Shown here one piece after another: positions 41,266-54,869 of a DNA stretch of 64,000 nt. Where the stretch lies: positions 9,238,001 to 9,302,000 of the forward strand of contig NC_086128.1 of assembly GCF_963921235.1 (NCBI RefSeq). Direction: 5' to 3'. The notes under the pieces were generated by a model. That model was not told where the DNA came from. It searched no databases and saw nothing but the letters and a program-made list of their open reading frames with translations. Within the stretch, counting starts at the first letter, position 1; each line of letters starts with the position of its first letter. The stretch comes from Mobula hypostoma. Lineage: Eukaryota. Made by a program: the position numbers and the translations under genes.

Positions 41266-44006
41266 TAACATAGAAGCATAGAAAACCTACAGCACAATAC
41301 AGGCCCTTCAGCCCACAATGCTCTGCTGAACATGTCCTTATCTTAGAAATTACCTAGGGTTACCTATAGCCTTCAATTTTTCTAAGCTCCATGTATCTAT
41401 CCAGGAGTCTCTTAAAAGACCCTATCAGATCCACCTCCACCACCGTCACCGGCAGCCGATTCCAGGCACTCACCACTCTCTGCGTAAAAAACTTACCCCT
41501 GACATCTCCTCTGTACCTATTTCCAAGCACCTTCAAACTGTGCCCTCTCGTGCTAGCCATTTCAACCCTGGGGAAAAAGCCTCTGAATATCCACTCGCTC
41601 AATGCCTCTCATCATCTTGTACACCTCTATCACATCACCTCTCATCCAATGCCAGTCCAAGGAGAAAAGGTCAAGTTCACTCAACCTATTCTCATAAGGC
41701 ATGCTCTCCAATCCAGACAACATCCTTGTAAATCTCCTCTGCACCCCCTCTATGCTTTCCACATCCTTCCTGTAGTAAGGCGACCAGAACTGAGCACAGT
41801 ACTCCAAGTGGGGCTGACCAGGGTCCTATATAGCTGCAACATTATCTCTCGGCTCTTAAACTCAATCCCACGATTCAATCAGAATCAGAAGGCCGATGCA
41901 CCATATGCCTTCTTAACCACAGAGTCAACCTGCGCAGCAGCCTTGAATGTCCTATGGACTCTGACCCCAAGATCCCTCTGATCCTCCACACTGCCAAGAG
42001 TCTTACCATTGATTCTGCCATCATATTTGACCTACCAAAATGAACCACCTCACACTTATCTGGGTTGAACTCCGTCTGCCACTTCTCAGCCCAGTTTTGC
42101 ATCCTATCAATGTCCCGCTGTAACCTCTGACAGCCCTCTACACTATCCACAACACTTCCAACATTTGTGTCATCAGCAAATTTAGTAACCCATCCCTCCA
42201 CTTCCTCATCCAGGTCATTTATAAAAATCACGAAGAGTAGGGATCCCAGAACAGATCCTTGAGGCACACCACTGGTCACCGACCTCCAAGCAGAATACGA
42301 CTCGTCTACAACCACTCTTTGCCTTCTGTGGGCAAGCCAGTTCTGGATCCACTAAGCAATGTCCCCTTGGATCCCATGCCTCCTTACTTTCTCAATAAGT
42401 CTTGCATGGGGTACCTTATCAAATGCCTTGCTGAAATCCATATACACTACATCTACTGCTCTACTTTCATCAATGTGTTAAGTCACATCCTCAAAAAATT
42501 CAATCAGGCACATAAGGCACTACCTGCCTTTGACAAAGCCATGCTGTCTATTCCTAATCATATTATGCCTCTCCAGATGTTCATAAATTCTGCCTCTCAG
42601 GATCTTCTCCATCAACGTACCAACCACTGAAGTAAGACTCACTGGTCTATAATTTCCTGGGCTATCTTTACTCCCTTTCTTGAATAAGGAACAACATCTG
42701 CAACCCTCCAATCCTCCGGAACCTCTCCTATTCCCATTGATGATGCAAAGATCATCGCCAGAGACTCAGCAATCTCTTCCCTCGCCTCCCACAGGAGCCT
42801 GGTCCCAGTAACTTATCCAACTTGATGCTTTCCAAAAGCTCCAGCACATCCTCTTCCTTAATATCTACATGCTCAAGCTTTTCAGTCCGCTGTAAGTCAT
42901 CCCAACAATCACCAAGATCCATTTCCGTAGTGAATGATGAAGCAAAGTATTCATTAGGTACCTCTGCTATCTCCTCCGGTTCCATACACACGTTTCCACT
43001 GTCACACTTGATTGGTCCTATTCTTTCACATCTTATCCTCTTGCTCTTCACATACTTGTAGAATGCCTTGGGGGTTTTCCTTAATCCTGTCCGCTAAGGC
43101 CTTCTCATGGCCCCTTCTGGTTCTCCTAATTTCATTCTTAAGCTCCTTCCTGCGAGCCTTATAATCATCTAGATCTCTATCATTACCTAGTTTGTTGAAC
43201 CTTTCGTAAGCTTTTCTTTTCTTCTTGACTAGATTTACAACAGCTTTTGTACACCACGGTTCCTGTACCTTACCATCCTTTCCCTGTCTCATTGGAACAT
43301 ACCTATGCAGAACTCCAAGCAAATATCCCCTGAACATTTGCCACATTTCAGCCGTACATTTCCCTGAGAACATCTGTTTCCAATTTATGGTTCCAAGTTC
43401 CTGCCTGATGGCTTTATATTTTCCCTTACTCCAATTAAATGCTTTCCTAACTTGTCTGTTCCTATCCCTCTCCAATGCTATGGTAAAGCAAATAGAATTG
43501 TGATCACCATCTCCAAAATGCTCTCCCACTGAGAGATCTGACACCAGACACCAATACCAGATCAAGTACAGCCTCTCCTCTTGTAAGCTTATCTACATAC
43601 TGTGTCAAGAAGCCTTCCTGAACACACCTAACAAATCCACCCCATCTAAACCTCTTGCTCTAAATTAAAACCTCCCACAACAACCCTGTTATTATTACAC
43701 CTTTCCAGAATCTGTCTCCCTATCTGCTCCTTGATGTCCTTGTTTCTATTGGGTGGTCTATAAAAAACACCCAGTAGAGTTATTGACCCCTTCCTGTTCC
43801 TAACTTCCACCCACAGAGACTCCGTAGACAATCCCTCCATGACTTCGTCCTTTTCTGCAGTCGTGACACTATCTCCGATCAGCAGTGCCACTCCCCCATC
43901 TCTTTTGCCTCCCTCCCTGTCCTTTATGAAACATCTGAAGCCTAGCACTCAAAGTGACCATTCCCGCCCCTGAGCCATCCAAGTCTTTGTAATGGCCACA
44001 ACATCA
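41266..44006 (-). mobile_element. CR1 LINE, 5'-truncated (APE, RT, 3' tail)
   Basis: GGVALLI...GVFYRPPN, NYRPVSLTSVVG, GVPQGSVLG, KFADDT. Same subfamily as 340-2428 and 62090-63225. Confidence 0.93.
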
Positions 44007-44289
44007 TCGCCAGAGTAGAGGAACATCAAGTAGAGGAAGTTTCATTCCCCGGCATTTCAGTCTGGCTTGGAGTCCTCCCCTCCTTCCTTTCTTTCAGCTG
44101 TGGTGATGTACTTTTGGCCACTTAAAGGTGCCATACATACTTGAGAGTTAAGTCCACTGGGTCCTTTGGAAAATTGTACCTCTAACTTCTCTATCAAGAC
44201 ATCCAGAAGCACTTTTTAGCCAAATAAGTGTTTTTAAAAGTGCAGCTGCCATTGTAATGGAGAAAACAAAAAAGTTAATTTTAGCATGT

Positions 44290-44735
44290 AGAAAAGACCA
44301 TAAGACATAGTAGCAGAATTAGGTCATTTGGCTCATCGAATCTACTCTGCCATTCAATCATAGCTGATTTATCTATCCTCTAACCCAACCTCTTTCCTTC
44401 TCCCCATAACATTTAATGCCCTTATTCATCAAGAAGCTACCAACCTCCACTTTAAATATACCCAATGACTTGGCCTCCACAGCCGTCTGTGGTAATGAAT
44501 TCCACAGATTCACCATCCTCTGCGTAAAGATGTCCCTTCTCATCTTTGTTTTAAAGGTATGTCCTTGTATTCTGAGGCTGTGCCCTCTGGTCCTAGACCC
44601 TCCCACTATTGGAAACATTCTCTCCACATCCACTCTTTCAATATTCAGTAGATTTCAATGACATCCTCATTCATTCTTCTAAATTCCAGCAAGTACAAGC
44701 CCAGAGCCAAACAGTCCTCATACATTAACCCTTCC
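44290..44735 (-). mobile_element. CR1 3' fragment
   Basis: DVERMFPIVGGSRTRGHSLRIQG...FTQRMVNLWNSLP. Confidence 0.8.
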
Positions 44736-45577
44736 AGTCCTGGGGTGAAAAACAGGGAAGGTAGAGAGAGGGAATATTTGAGAGGGCAGAAGGAAGCAAA
44801 TAATTTGTGTACAAAAACAGCAGTGTGTCAATGAGCAAATAATCCGCTACAGAAACATTTAAGTAGAAATAATTGTAATGCAGAGTACCAGTAATACACC
44901 TTGTTACTCTTTGAACCAATGCCATATGATCTTTTAATTCCAAGTGAAAGAGAAAGCTAATGTCTCTTCTGAAAGATTACATCACTAACAATACAGATTC
45001 CCTAGTACAGCCATGCAGCTTCAATTTGTTCAATTTTCACCCCCTTCCCAAGAAACAATTTGCATTTATCATCTAACTTAAACAGAAGTTCCAAATAACT
45101 TCCAAAAAATAAGTTCAGAAATTATTTTGCTGCATTTTATTGATATCAAACCCTAGCTAGCTGAACCAACCTCAATATGATCAGACTACCTGCGGCTGCA
45201 TCTCATCAAATCTGCAAGAAAAATATCATTGGTCATTGGGCTCAAGTTCGGTTAGACCATCTCTTAAATAACGCACAAAGTAGATTGGGATGTGATCAGG
45301 TTGACTGCTACAAATCGCCTCAGAGTGTAGCCAACACAAAAATTAGCTCAATTTCTTGATCTGCCTGCAAAATATGCCAGAACTGTTATGTCCCAAATCA
45401 ACTAGCCAAAGCAGAACAGAGTCTATGAACAGAAAATAAGACAGTGAATTTGTGAAATAAGAAAGACAGCATCAGAAATGATTAAGCATAATTAGCTGTT
45501 GTCTGGTAGATTTCTAATAAATGAATTTTCATGAAAATATGCGGCAAGTTAATGCAGACTAAGAAATGACTGTAAAT

Positions 45578-45648
45578 CAGGGGTTCCCAATCTAGGCCCC
45601 ACAGACCCCTTGCACAAAGATGGCATAAAAAAAGGTTGGGAACACCTG
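45578..45648. mobile_element. Tiny 71-bp hAT MITE
   Basis: TIRs CAGGGGTTCCCAA and TTGGGAACACCTG. 8-bp TSD CTGTAAAT/CTGCAAAT. Confidence 0.78.
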
Positions 45649-45770
45649 CTGCAAATAATTTCCAAAGTAATTTAAGAACTGCAATCTAGTTGTTTACGCT
45701 AAGTGCCAGCAATAGGGAACAAAAGCCAGGTCTTATTTTTTTCCTGAAGAAACTGATCAGTTCAATGTAA

Positions 45771-45795
45771 GATCTGATCTGATCTGATCTGATCT
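45771..45795. repeat. (GATCT)5 microsatellite
   Basis: Five perfect GATCT units. Confidence 0.85.
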
Positions 45796-46463
45796 GGAAT
45801 GGAATGTAAAAATACAGGAAATTTCACATCCTTTCACACAACCTAAGCCAGACAGGACCCAAATGATGTGTGGGTTGGGTATATATTTAAAAAATATAAT
45901 AATCCTTGGCCTTAGATTGGCTGTGCTCAGATTAGATACTTTAACTGGACTTAATTTCATATCAGAAGTATCCAAACGCCACTTATTGAAAATCCCATAA
46001 ATTCTGATTTTCACTAGTGAGATTCCCAAAAAGGCTTTAATGGGTATCCCTATGCAACACCTCATTCAGTTAATGTCAGCATGCATTCTTTCAGTGACAT
46101 ACCATCAGTTCTCATGACTGCTTGCATGAGCATGAGCCTAGCGGCAGTGACCTGGGCAGCAATGTACAAAAAAGTATACACCACAAGACAATCAGCAGGC
46201 TTCCAGTGACAAAGGAGTGTGAGTATTTAATCAACAGATGGTGCAATAATAACTGGAAGCCTACTCCCAGGAGGAAGAGTGGGCCGTCAGGGTCCAGACA
46301 GCCTGGTGAAGAACAGTACTTGTGGGAGACATGTTACCTGTACAAGGAATCAGAGGGGCACTGAATGCCCTTTACAAAAGGTAGTCATTTCCCAGTGTAT
46401 TAGCACTCACAATATCTGACTGCAGATTTTGACAATAGTTTTCAACATTAACTTTATCGTTAC

Positions 46464-46606
46464 CTAAATTCTTCATATGTTTCCACTTTCTGCTGAACTG
46501 CTTTAAGCTTGGCATTATTTTCTCGCTGGTTTTTTTCATCAATGGCCACAGCCATCTGCAACTCCTGTTCCATAGCCTGAAAATCAATGGTCTCACTTTC
46601 TTCCAT
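46464..46606 (-). CDS. CCDC103: CCDC103/DNAAF19 first coding exon (dynein attachment factor N-terminus)
   Basis: MEESETIDFQAMEQELQMAVAIDEKNQRENNAKLKAVQQKVETYEEF(R); donor AG|gtaacg. The three exons total 726 nt = 241 aa plus stop. This frame is absent from the ORF track. Confidence 0.93.
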
Positions 46607-47318
46607 TTCTACCTACTGGAAAACAGGAGGAGAATTACATGTTAAAATAGAGGTAGTGCATCACTTTAGAGCATTAAAGCTGTTGTTGATCACAGCAGAA
46701 AACTGTGCTAGTGCTGCAATTAATATCTATCATAAAATCTGGTAATGGCTCCAACTCGGGCGACAACCAATCCTCTGCAACATTGGACATCACTATTCCA
46801 AGCTGGATGAATGACCTACCGCACCATTTGGTAGAAAGCTATTGTGTGAAAACAGGTTCACAGGTTCGATGAATGGGAACAGAAGACACTCGCTACCTGT
46901 AAGTAAGTTAACTATTTATTTACATGACAAGACAGACACTAAACATTAAGTAAACCCTTCAAATTACAGCCAGTTACAAACACTTATCTAAAGTACACAT
47001 TCAGGCTCCACTCCCACCGCAGCAAACCTTCACTGTTCCCACAACACCAGTTGCGACCCAGAATGTTAGCAAGCCCCTGAAGTAAAAGACCAGATGCTTT
47101 CAGCGTACTAGATTTATACCCTACCGGCATCATTACGTCATCAGCCAGTGCTGTGGCACCAAACTGCAGCCAAAGGAAGGAATCAGGATCAGGTTTAATA
47201 GCACTGGCATATGTCATGGATTATGTTGTCTTGCGACAGCAATACATAATGAAAACTATAAAAATGCAATAAGAAATATGTAAAAAATTAGTGCAAAAGA
47301 GCAAACAAGTAGTGAGGT

Positions 47319-48326
47319 TAAACGCAAACAACAGGAATTCTGCAGATGCTGGAAATTCAAGCAACATACATCAAAGTTGCTGGTGAACGCAGCAGGCCAG
47401 GCAGCATCTCTAGGAAGAGGTGCAGTCGACGTTTCAGGCCGAGACCCTTCGTCAGGACTAACTGAAGGAAGAGTGAGTAAGGGATTTGAAAGTTGGAGGG
47501 GGAGGGGGAAATCCAAAATGATAGGAGAAGACAGGAGGGGGAGGGATAGAGCCGAGAGCTGGACAGGTGATGGGCAAAAGGGGATACGAGAGGATCATGG
47601 GACAGGAGGTCCGGGAAGAAAGACGGGGGGGGGGGGTGACCCAGAAGATGGGCAAGAGGTATATTCAGAGGGACAGAGGGAGAAAAAGGAGAGTGAGAGA
47701 AAGAATGTGTGCATAAAAATGAGTAACAGATGGGGTACGAGGGGGAGGTGGGGCCTAGCGGAAGTTAGAGAAGTCGATGTTCATGCCATCAGGTTGGAGG
47801 CTACCCAGACAGAATATAAGGTGTTGTTCCTCCAACCTGAGTGTGGCTTCATCTTTACAGTAGAGGAGGCCGTGGATAGACATGTCAGAATGGGAATGGG
47901 ATGTGGAATTAAAATGTGTGGCCACTGGGAGATCCTGCTTTCTCTGGCGGACAGAGCGTAGATGTTCAGCAAAGCGGTCTCCCAGTCTGCGTCGGGTCTC
48001 GCCAATATATAAAAGGCCACATCGGGAGCACCGGATGCAGTATATCACCCCAGCCGACTCACAGGTGAAGTGTCGCCTCACCTGGAAGGACTGTTTGGGG
48101 CCCTGAATGGTGGTAAGGGAGGAAGTGTAAGGGCATGTGTAGCACTTGTTCCGTTTACACGGATAAGTGCCAGGAGGGAGATCAGTGGGGAGGGATGGGG
48201 GGGACGAATGGACAAGGGAGTTGTGTAGGGAGCGATCCCTGCGGAATGCAGAGGGGGGGGGAGGGAAAGATATGCTTAGTGGTGGGATCCCGTTGGAGGT
48301 GGCGGAAGTTACGGAGAATTACGGAG
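47319..48326 (-). mobile_element. Neptune-type Penelope-like element, 5'-truncated (GIY-YIG plus terminal unit)
   Basis: Linker PCKRNKCYTC followed by VIYCIRCSRCGLLYIGETRRRLGDRFAEH (47755-48081). 12-bp TSD AAGTAGTGAGGT (47307-47318 and 48327-48338). Confidence 0.92.
47423..47460 (-). ncRNA. Minimal hammerhead ribozyme motif
   Basis: Intact TAGTC-CTGACGA-AGGGTCTCGGCCT-GAAAC-GTC-GACTG on the minus strand, which is the sense strand of CCDC103 intron 1. Confidence 0.72.
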
Positions 48327-49620
48327 AAGTAGTGAGGTAGTAGTCATGGGTTCAGAAATCAGATGGCAGAGGGGAAGAAGCTGCTCCTGAATTGTTGAGT
48401 GTGTGCCTTCAGACTCCCGTATCTTCTTGATGGTAGCAATGAGAAGAGGCATGTCCTGGGTGATGGGGGTACTTAATGATGGACGACACCTTCTTGAGGC
48501 ACCGCCTTTTGAAGGTGTCCTCAATGCTGGGGCAGCTTCTGCCCATGACAGAGCCAGATGAGTTTACAATTTTCTGCAGCTTTTTCCAATCATGCAAATT
48601 TTCCCACCATACCAGACAGTGATGAATGCTCTCCACAGTACATATGTAGAAATTTGCAAAAGCCTTTGGTGACATACCAAGTCTCCTCAAAGCCCTAGTG
48701 AAATATAGCAGTGTCCTGCCTTCTTTTCGATGTGAGTGCAAATGGGCGAGAGTCACTGAGGTAGCTCACCCTGCTCTTAGGCCTCAAGACCATAAGATAT
48801 AGGCTATTTGGTCCATCGAGCCTGCTCCGCCATTTCATCATGGCCAATCCAATTTTCCTCACAGCCCCAATTTCCTGGCTTCTCCCTGTATCCCTTCACA
48901 CCCTGACCAATTAAGAATCTATCAACCTCTGCTTACCTCTTCTTGGGTATTGGTATGATTGTCACTCTTATGAAGCAGATGGGAACCTCCAACTGCAGCA
49001 ATGCAAGATTGAAGGCAACTTGGAACACTCCTGCCAACTGGCTGGCACAGATTTTTAGTGCCCCATCAAGTATACACACCATCCGAGCCTGACGCCTTGT
49101 GAGAGTTTACCCTTTTGAAAGATACTCTGACATTGGCCTCTGAGCCAGAGATCACAGGGTCACCAGATACTACAGGGATTCACACAGATGTAATATTCTC
49201 CCTTTCAAAGTGTGCATAAAAGACGTGAGCTCATCTGAGAGTGAAGCATCACAGCCATTCTGATTATAGGTTATGGTTGTAGGAACTTCAGGGTGTATTT
49301 TGTATACATTTCTCTGATAGTAAATGAATCTATTGAACTAATGGCCTGCAAACCCTGACAGAGCTGGCATACATCTGATTCAGTCTCTAACTTCAATTGG
49401 GATTGTTTTCTTACTCTTAAAATAGCTTTCTGTAGGCTGCAGCTGAACTCTTTGTATAGGTCTAGATCACCGATCTTGAATGCCACACATCTATCCCTCA
49501 GCAGACTACAAACCTCCTGGTTCATCCACGCTTTTTGTTCAGGGATGCCCGCTATGTTCTCGAAGGTACACACTCATCCACACAGATCTTGATGAAGTTG
49601 GTGACAACTGTGGTGTATTC

Positions 49621-52600
49621 CATAGAAACCATAGCACAGAAACAGGCCTTTTGGCCCTCCTTGGCTGTGCCGAACCATTTTCTGCCTAGTCCCACTGACC
49701 TGCACACGGACCATATCCCTCCATATGCCTCCCATCCATGTATCTGTCCAATTTATTCTTAAATGTTAAAAAAGAACCCGCATTTACCAGCTCGTCTGGC
49801 AGCTCATTCCATACTCCCACCACTCTCTGTGTGAAGAAGCCCCCCCTAATGTTCCCTTTAAACTTTTCCCCCCTCACCCTAACCCATGTCCTCTTTTTTT
49901 TTTCCTCCCCTTGCCTCAGTGGAAAAAGCCTGCTTGCATTCACTCTATCTATACCCATCATAATTTTATATACCTCTTATCAAATCTCCCCTCATTCTTC
50001 TATGCTCCAGGGAATAAAGTCCCAACCTATTCAACCTTTCTCTGTAACCGAGTTTCTCAAGTCCCGGCAACATCCTTGTAAACCTTCTCTGCACTCTTTC
50101 AACCTTATTTATATCCTTCCTGTAATTTGGTGACCACAACTGAACACAATACTCCAGATTCGGCCTCACCAATGTCTTATACAACCTCATCATAACATTC
50201 CAGCTCTTATACTCAATACTTTGATTAATAAAGGCCAATGTACCAAAAGCTCTCTTTACGACCCTATCTGCCTGTGACGCCACTTTTAGGGAATTTTGTA
50301 TCTGTATTCCCAGATCCCTCTGTTCCACTGCACTCCTCAGTGCCTTACCATTAACCCTGTATGTTCTACCTTGGTTTGTCCTTCCAACGTGCAATACCTC
50401 ACACTTGTCAGTATTAAACTCCATCTGCCATTTTTTAGCCCATTTTTCCAGCTGGTCCAAGTCCCTCTGCAGGCTCTGAAAACCTTCCTCACTGTCTACA
50501 CCTCCAATCTTTGTATCATCAGCAAACTTGCTGATCCAATTTACCACATTATCATCCAGATCATTGATATAGATGACAAATAACAATGGACCCAGCATTG
50601 ATCCCTGTGGCACACCACTAGTCACAGGCCTCCACTCGGAGAAGCAATTCTCTACCACCACTCTCTGGCTTCTTCCATCGAGCCAATGTCTAATCCAATT
50701 TACCACCTCTCCATGTATACCTAGCGACTGAATTTTCCTAACTAACCTCCCATGCGGGACCTTGTCAAAAGCCTTACTGAAGTCCATGTAGACAATATCC
50801 ACTGCCTCCCCTTCATCCACTTTCCTGGTAACCTCCTCGAAAAACTCCAATAGATTGGTCAAACATGACCTACCACGCACAAAGCCATGTTGACTCTCCC
50901 TAATAAGTCCCAGTCTATCCAAATGCTTGTAGATTCTGTCTCTTAGTACTCCCTCCAATAACTTACCTACTACCGACGTTAAACTTACTGGCCTATAATT
51001 TCCGGGATTATTTTTCGATCCTTTTTTAAATAACGGAACAACATGAGCCACTCTCCAATCCTCCGGCACCTCACCTGTAGACAGCGACATTTTAAATATT
51101 TCAGCCAGGGCCCCTGCAATTTCAACACTAGTCTCCTTCAAGGCCCGAGGGAACACCCTGTCAGGTCCTGGGGATTTATCCACTTTAATTTTCCACAAGA
51201 CAGCAAGGACCTCCTCCTTTTCGATCTGTACAGTTTCCATGATCTCACTACTTGTTTCCCTTAATTCCATAGACTTCATGCCAGTTTCCTTAGTAAATAC
51301 AGATGCAAAAAACCTATTTAAGATCTCCCGCATTTCCTTTGGTTCCGCACATAGCCGACCACTCTGATCTTCAAGAGGACCAATTTTATCCCTTACAATC
51401 CTTTTGCTCTTAATATACCTGTAAAAGCTCTTTGGATTATTCTTCACTTTGACTGCCAAGGCAACCTCGTCTTCTTTTAGCCCTCCTGATTTCTTTCTTA
51501 AGTATTTTCTTGCACTTCTTATACTCCTCAAGCACCTTATTTACTCCCTGCTTCCTATACACGTCATACAACTCCCTCTTCTTCTTTATCAGAGTTGCAA
51601 TATTCCTTGAGAACCAAGGTTCCTTATTCCTATTCACCTTGCCTTTAATCCTGACAGGAACATACAAATTCTGCACTCTCAAAATTTCTCCTTTGAAGGC
51701 TTCCCACCTACCGATCGCATCCATGCCAGAGAACAACCTGTCCCAATCCATGCTTTTTAGATCCTTTCTCATTTCTTCAAATTTGGCCGCCTTCTAGTTA
51801 AGAACCTCAACCCTAGGACCAGATCTATCCTTGTCCATGATCAAGTTGAAACTAATGGCGTTATGATCACTGGAACCAAAGTGCTCCCCTACACAGACTT
51901 CTGTCACTTGTCCTAACTCGTTTCCTAACAGGAGATCCAATATTGCATCCCCTCTAGTTGGTCCCTGTGTATATTGATTTAGAAAACTTTCCTGAACACA
52001 TTTTACAAACTCTAAACCATCTAGACCCCTAACAGTATGGGAGACCCAATCAATATATGGAAAATTAAAATCCCCTACCACCACAACTTTATGTTTCCTG
52101 CAGTTGCCTGCTATCTCTCTGCAGATTTGCACTTCCAATTCTCTTTGACTATTGGGTGGTCTGTAATACAATCCCACTAATGTGGCCATACCTTTCCTGT
52201 TTCTCAGCTCCACCCACAAGGACTCAGTAGACAAACCCTCTATTCTGTCCTGCCTGAGCACTGCTGTAATATTTTCCCTAACAAGCAATGCCACTCCCCC
52301 ACCTTTCATTCCTCTGCCTCGATCACATCTGAAACATCGGAACCCTGGAATATTAAGCTGCCAGTCCTGCCCCTCCTGTAGCCAAGTTTCACTAATTGCT
52401 ACAACGTCATAATTCCACGTGTCAATCCACGCCCTCAACTCATCCGCCTTCCCCGCAATACTCCGAGCATTGAAATATATACACCTCAGAAGATTTTTAC
52501 CACCACTCACAACCTTTCTATTAGTGGATTTGCTTGAACTTTTAACATCATTTATTTCCACCCCAGCCACACTGTCAGCTCTGGTACTGTGGTTCCCATC

Positions 52601-53405
52601 CCCCTGCAAATCTAGTTTAAAGCCCCCCCAATAGCATTAACAAACCTCCCTGAAAGGATACTGGTCCCCCTGTAGTTCAAGTGTAACCCGTCTCTCTTGT
52701 ACAGGTCCCACCTGCCCCAGAAGAGGTCCCAATGATCCTGAAATCTGAAACCCTGCCCCCTACACCAGTTCCTCAGCCACTTGTTCATCCTCCAGAGCAT
52801 CCTATTCCTACCCTCACTGGCACGTAGCACAGGTAGCAATCCTGAGATTACCACCCTCGAGGTCCTGCTTTTCAACTTCCTACCAAGCTCTCTATACTCA
52901 CTGTCCAGGACTTCTTCACTCTTCCTTGCTATGTCATTGGTACCGATGTGCACCATGACATCTGGCTGGTCACCCTCCCACTTCAGAATGTCATGCAATC
53001 GATCAGAGACATCCTTGACCCTGGCACCTGGGAGGCAACAAACCATCCTGGATTCTCTGTCACGACCACAGAACCTCCTATCTGCACCTCTATCAAGTAC
53101 CCTATCACTACCGCTCTCCTGTTTTTCCCCCCCTCCCTTCGGCACTGCAGAGCCAGACCCAGTGGAAGAGATCCGGCTACTGCAGCTAGTCCCAGGTAAG
53201 TCATCCCCCCCAACAGTATCCAATGCAGTATACTTGTTGTTGAGGGGAATGGCCACAGGGGAACCCTGCTCTGCCTGCCCTTTCCCCTTCCCTCACCTGA
53301 CAGTGACCCAATTTCCTGTCCTCTGCTCCTTTGGCGTAACTACCTCCCTGTAGCTACGATCTATAATCTCCTCATTCTCCCGAATGATCCGCAGGTCATC
53401 CAGCA
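49621..53405 (-). mobile_element. Near full-length CR1 LINE (SGNH ORF1, APE, RT), few frameshifts
   Basis: ORF1 52612-53256 (VHIGTND, RDGLHLN), APE 51794-52609, RT 49966-51531. Nested in a degenerate Rex/Babar element (about 48340-49620 and 53406-53780). Confidence 0.95.
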
Positions 53406-54869
53406 GGTCATTCATTCAGATTTGAAACGAATCCCTGAATATTGCCCAGTCCACTCACTCAAACCAATCCTGTAAGTGCTCTCTGCCTCCCTTGGTCTTA
53501 ATCACAGTCTTTAGTTTCTGCCTGTATGCTGGGTACAGCCAAGTGATCAGACTTTCCAAAGTGTGGGCGTGGGATGACACAATGTGTTCTTGATGGTGGT
53601 ATAACAGTGGTCAACTGTGTTGGCTCCTCTGGTTCCACGAGTGGTAGTTGTTCAGAGACTTCTTCAAGCTGGCCTGGTTGAAATCCCACACTGCATCACT
53701 GCTGACCATGGTACTCAGTTCCTCCAGTACCTGCCTGACATTGACCCGAGGTGGAATATACACCACTACACAATGATGGTACAAAGCCCAGCCCAGTACA
53801 TTACATTCATTAGCCTGCATTGTCTGCAATTCTAGTCATCACATTATAGAAAGGATGTATTAGAACGGACAGAACGTAGCAGTTACTCACCAGAATGTTG
53901 CCTGGGTTGGAGAGAAATTGGATAGGTTGGGCTTGTTTTCTCAGGAGAAACTGAAGCTGAGGGGTGACCTTACAGAGGTATATTTTCAAGAGCTAAGGAA
54001 CAAGGTGACATTGGATGCAGGCCATTACTTCCTACAAAGTAAAATTCAACATCGTGAACAACAGAAAATCTGCAGATGCTGGACAACATGAATTTACATT
54101 TTTTTTGTTTCTATATTATGTATTTCATTGTACTCCTACCACAAAGTTAACAAATATCATGACATATGCCAGTGACATTAAACCAGATTCTGATATGAGA
54201 GACCTAGTAGAAGGTTAAAGTTTTTCTCCCATTGTAGGAATATCAAAACCAAGACAGCATAGGATTATGGCAAGAGGAAAGAGTTCTGAGGTAGTGTTCT
54301 CACACAAGGAGTGGTTGATAATGTGGAAAGCACTGCCAGAGGAGGAATCAGATAGATTCACTATTTTTGAGAGGCATTTTGACCAACAAATAAACCAACA
54401 ATCTTCTGGAGGAACTCAGTGTGTCCAGCAGTATCTGACAGAGGAAAGGAAATGTCGAGGTTTTGGGTCAAAACCCAGCATCAAAACTTGAAATATCAAC
54501 AACTTCGTCCATAGAAAATGAATCATATGGTAGTATATGGTGACATAGGTATTTTGATAAAAAAAAAATACTTTGAACCCTCCGGATACTGCCTGACGCG
54601 TTGAGTTCCTCCACAAGCAACACAAGAAGCCCCGTTTGGGTAGTCAACTGCTCTCCTCTTCAACCATGGGCTCACCCAGACTTGCTCGATCCAAAGCATG
54701 GACTGTCCGAACCCTACACAGATACTACCTAACCCGCTGGATTTCTCTAGAACTTTTGTGAGTTCATCCACCTGAAGCCTCGAGGACCCACCACTTAATA
54801 AACGAGGCACGTGTCTAATGCGGGTACATAGGATTAACTGAGATAGGCAAAAAGGATCAGTATGAACAT

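Noticed and set aside
46372-46596. 74-aa ORF MRPLIFRLWNR over the CCDC103 exon
   Set aside because: Wrong frame. The real CDS starts at 46606 and splices at 46464.
46843-47046. Possible ~200-bp solo LTR (TG...CA ends, minus-strand AATAAA)
   Set aside because: No matching TSD and no second copy in the window.
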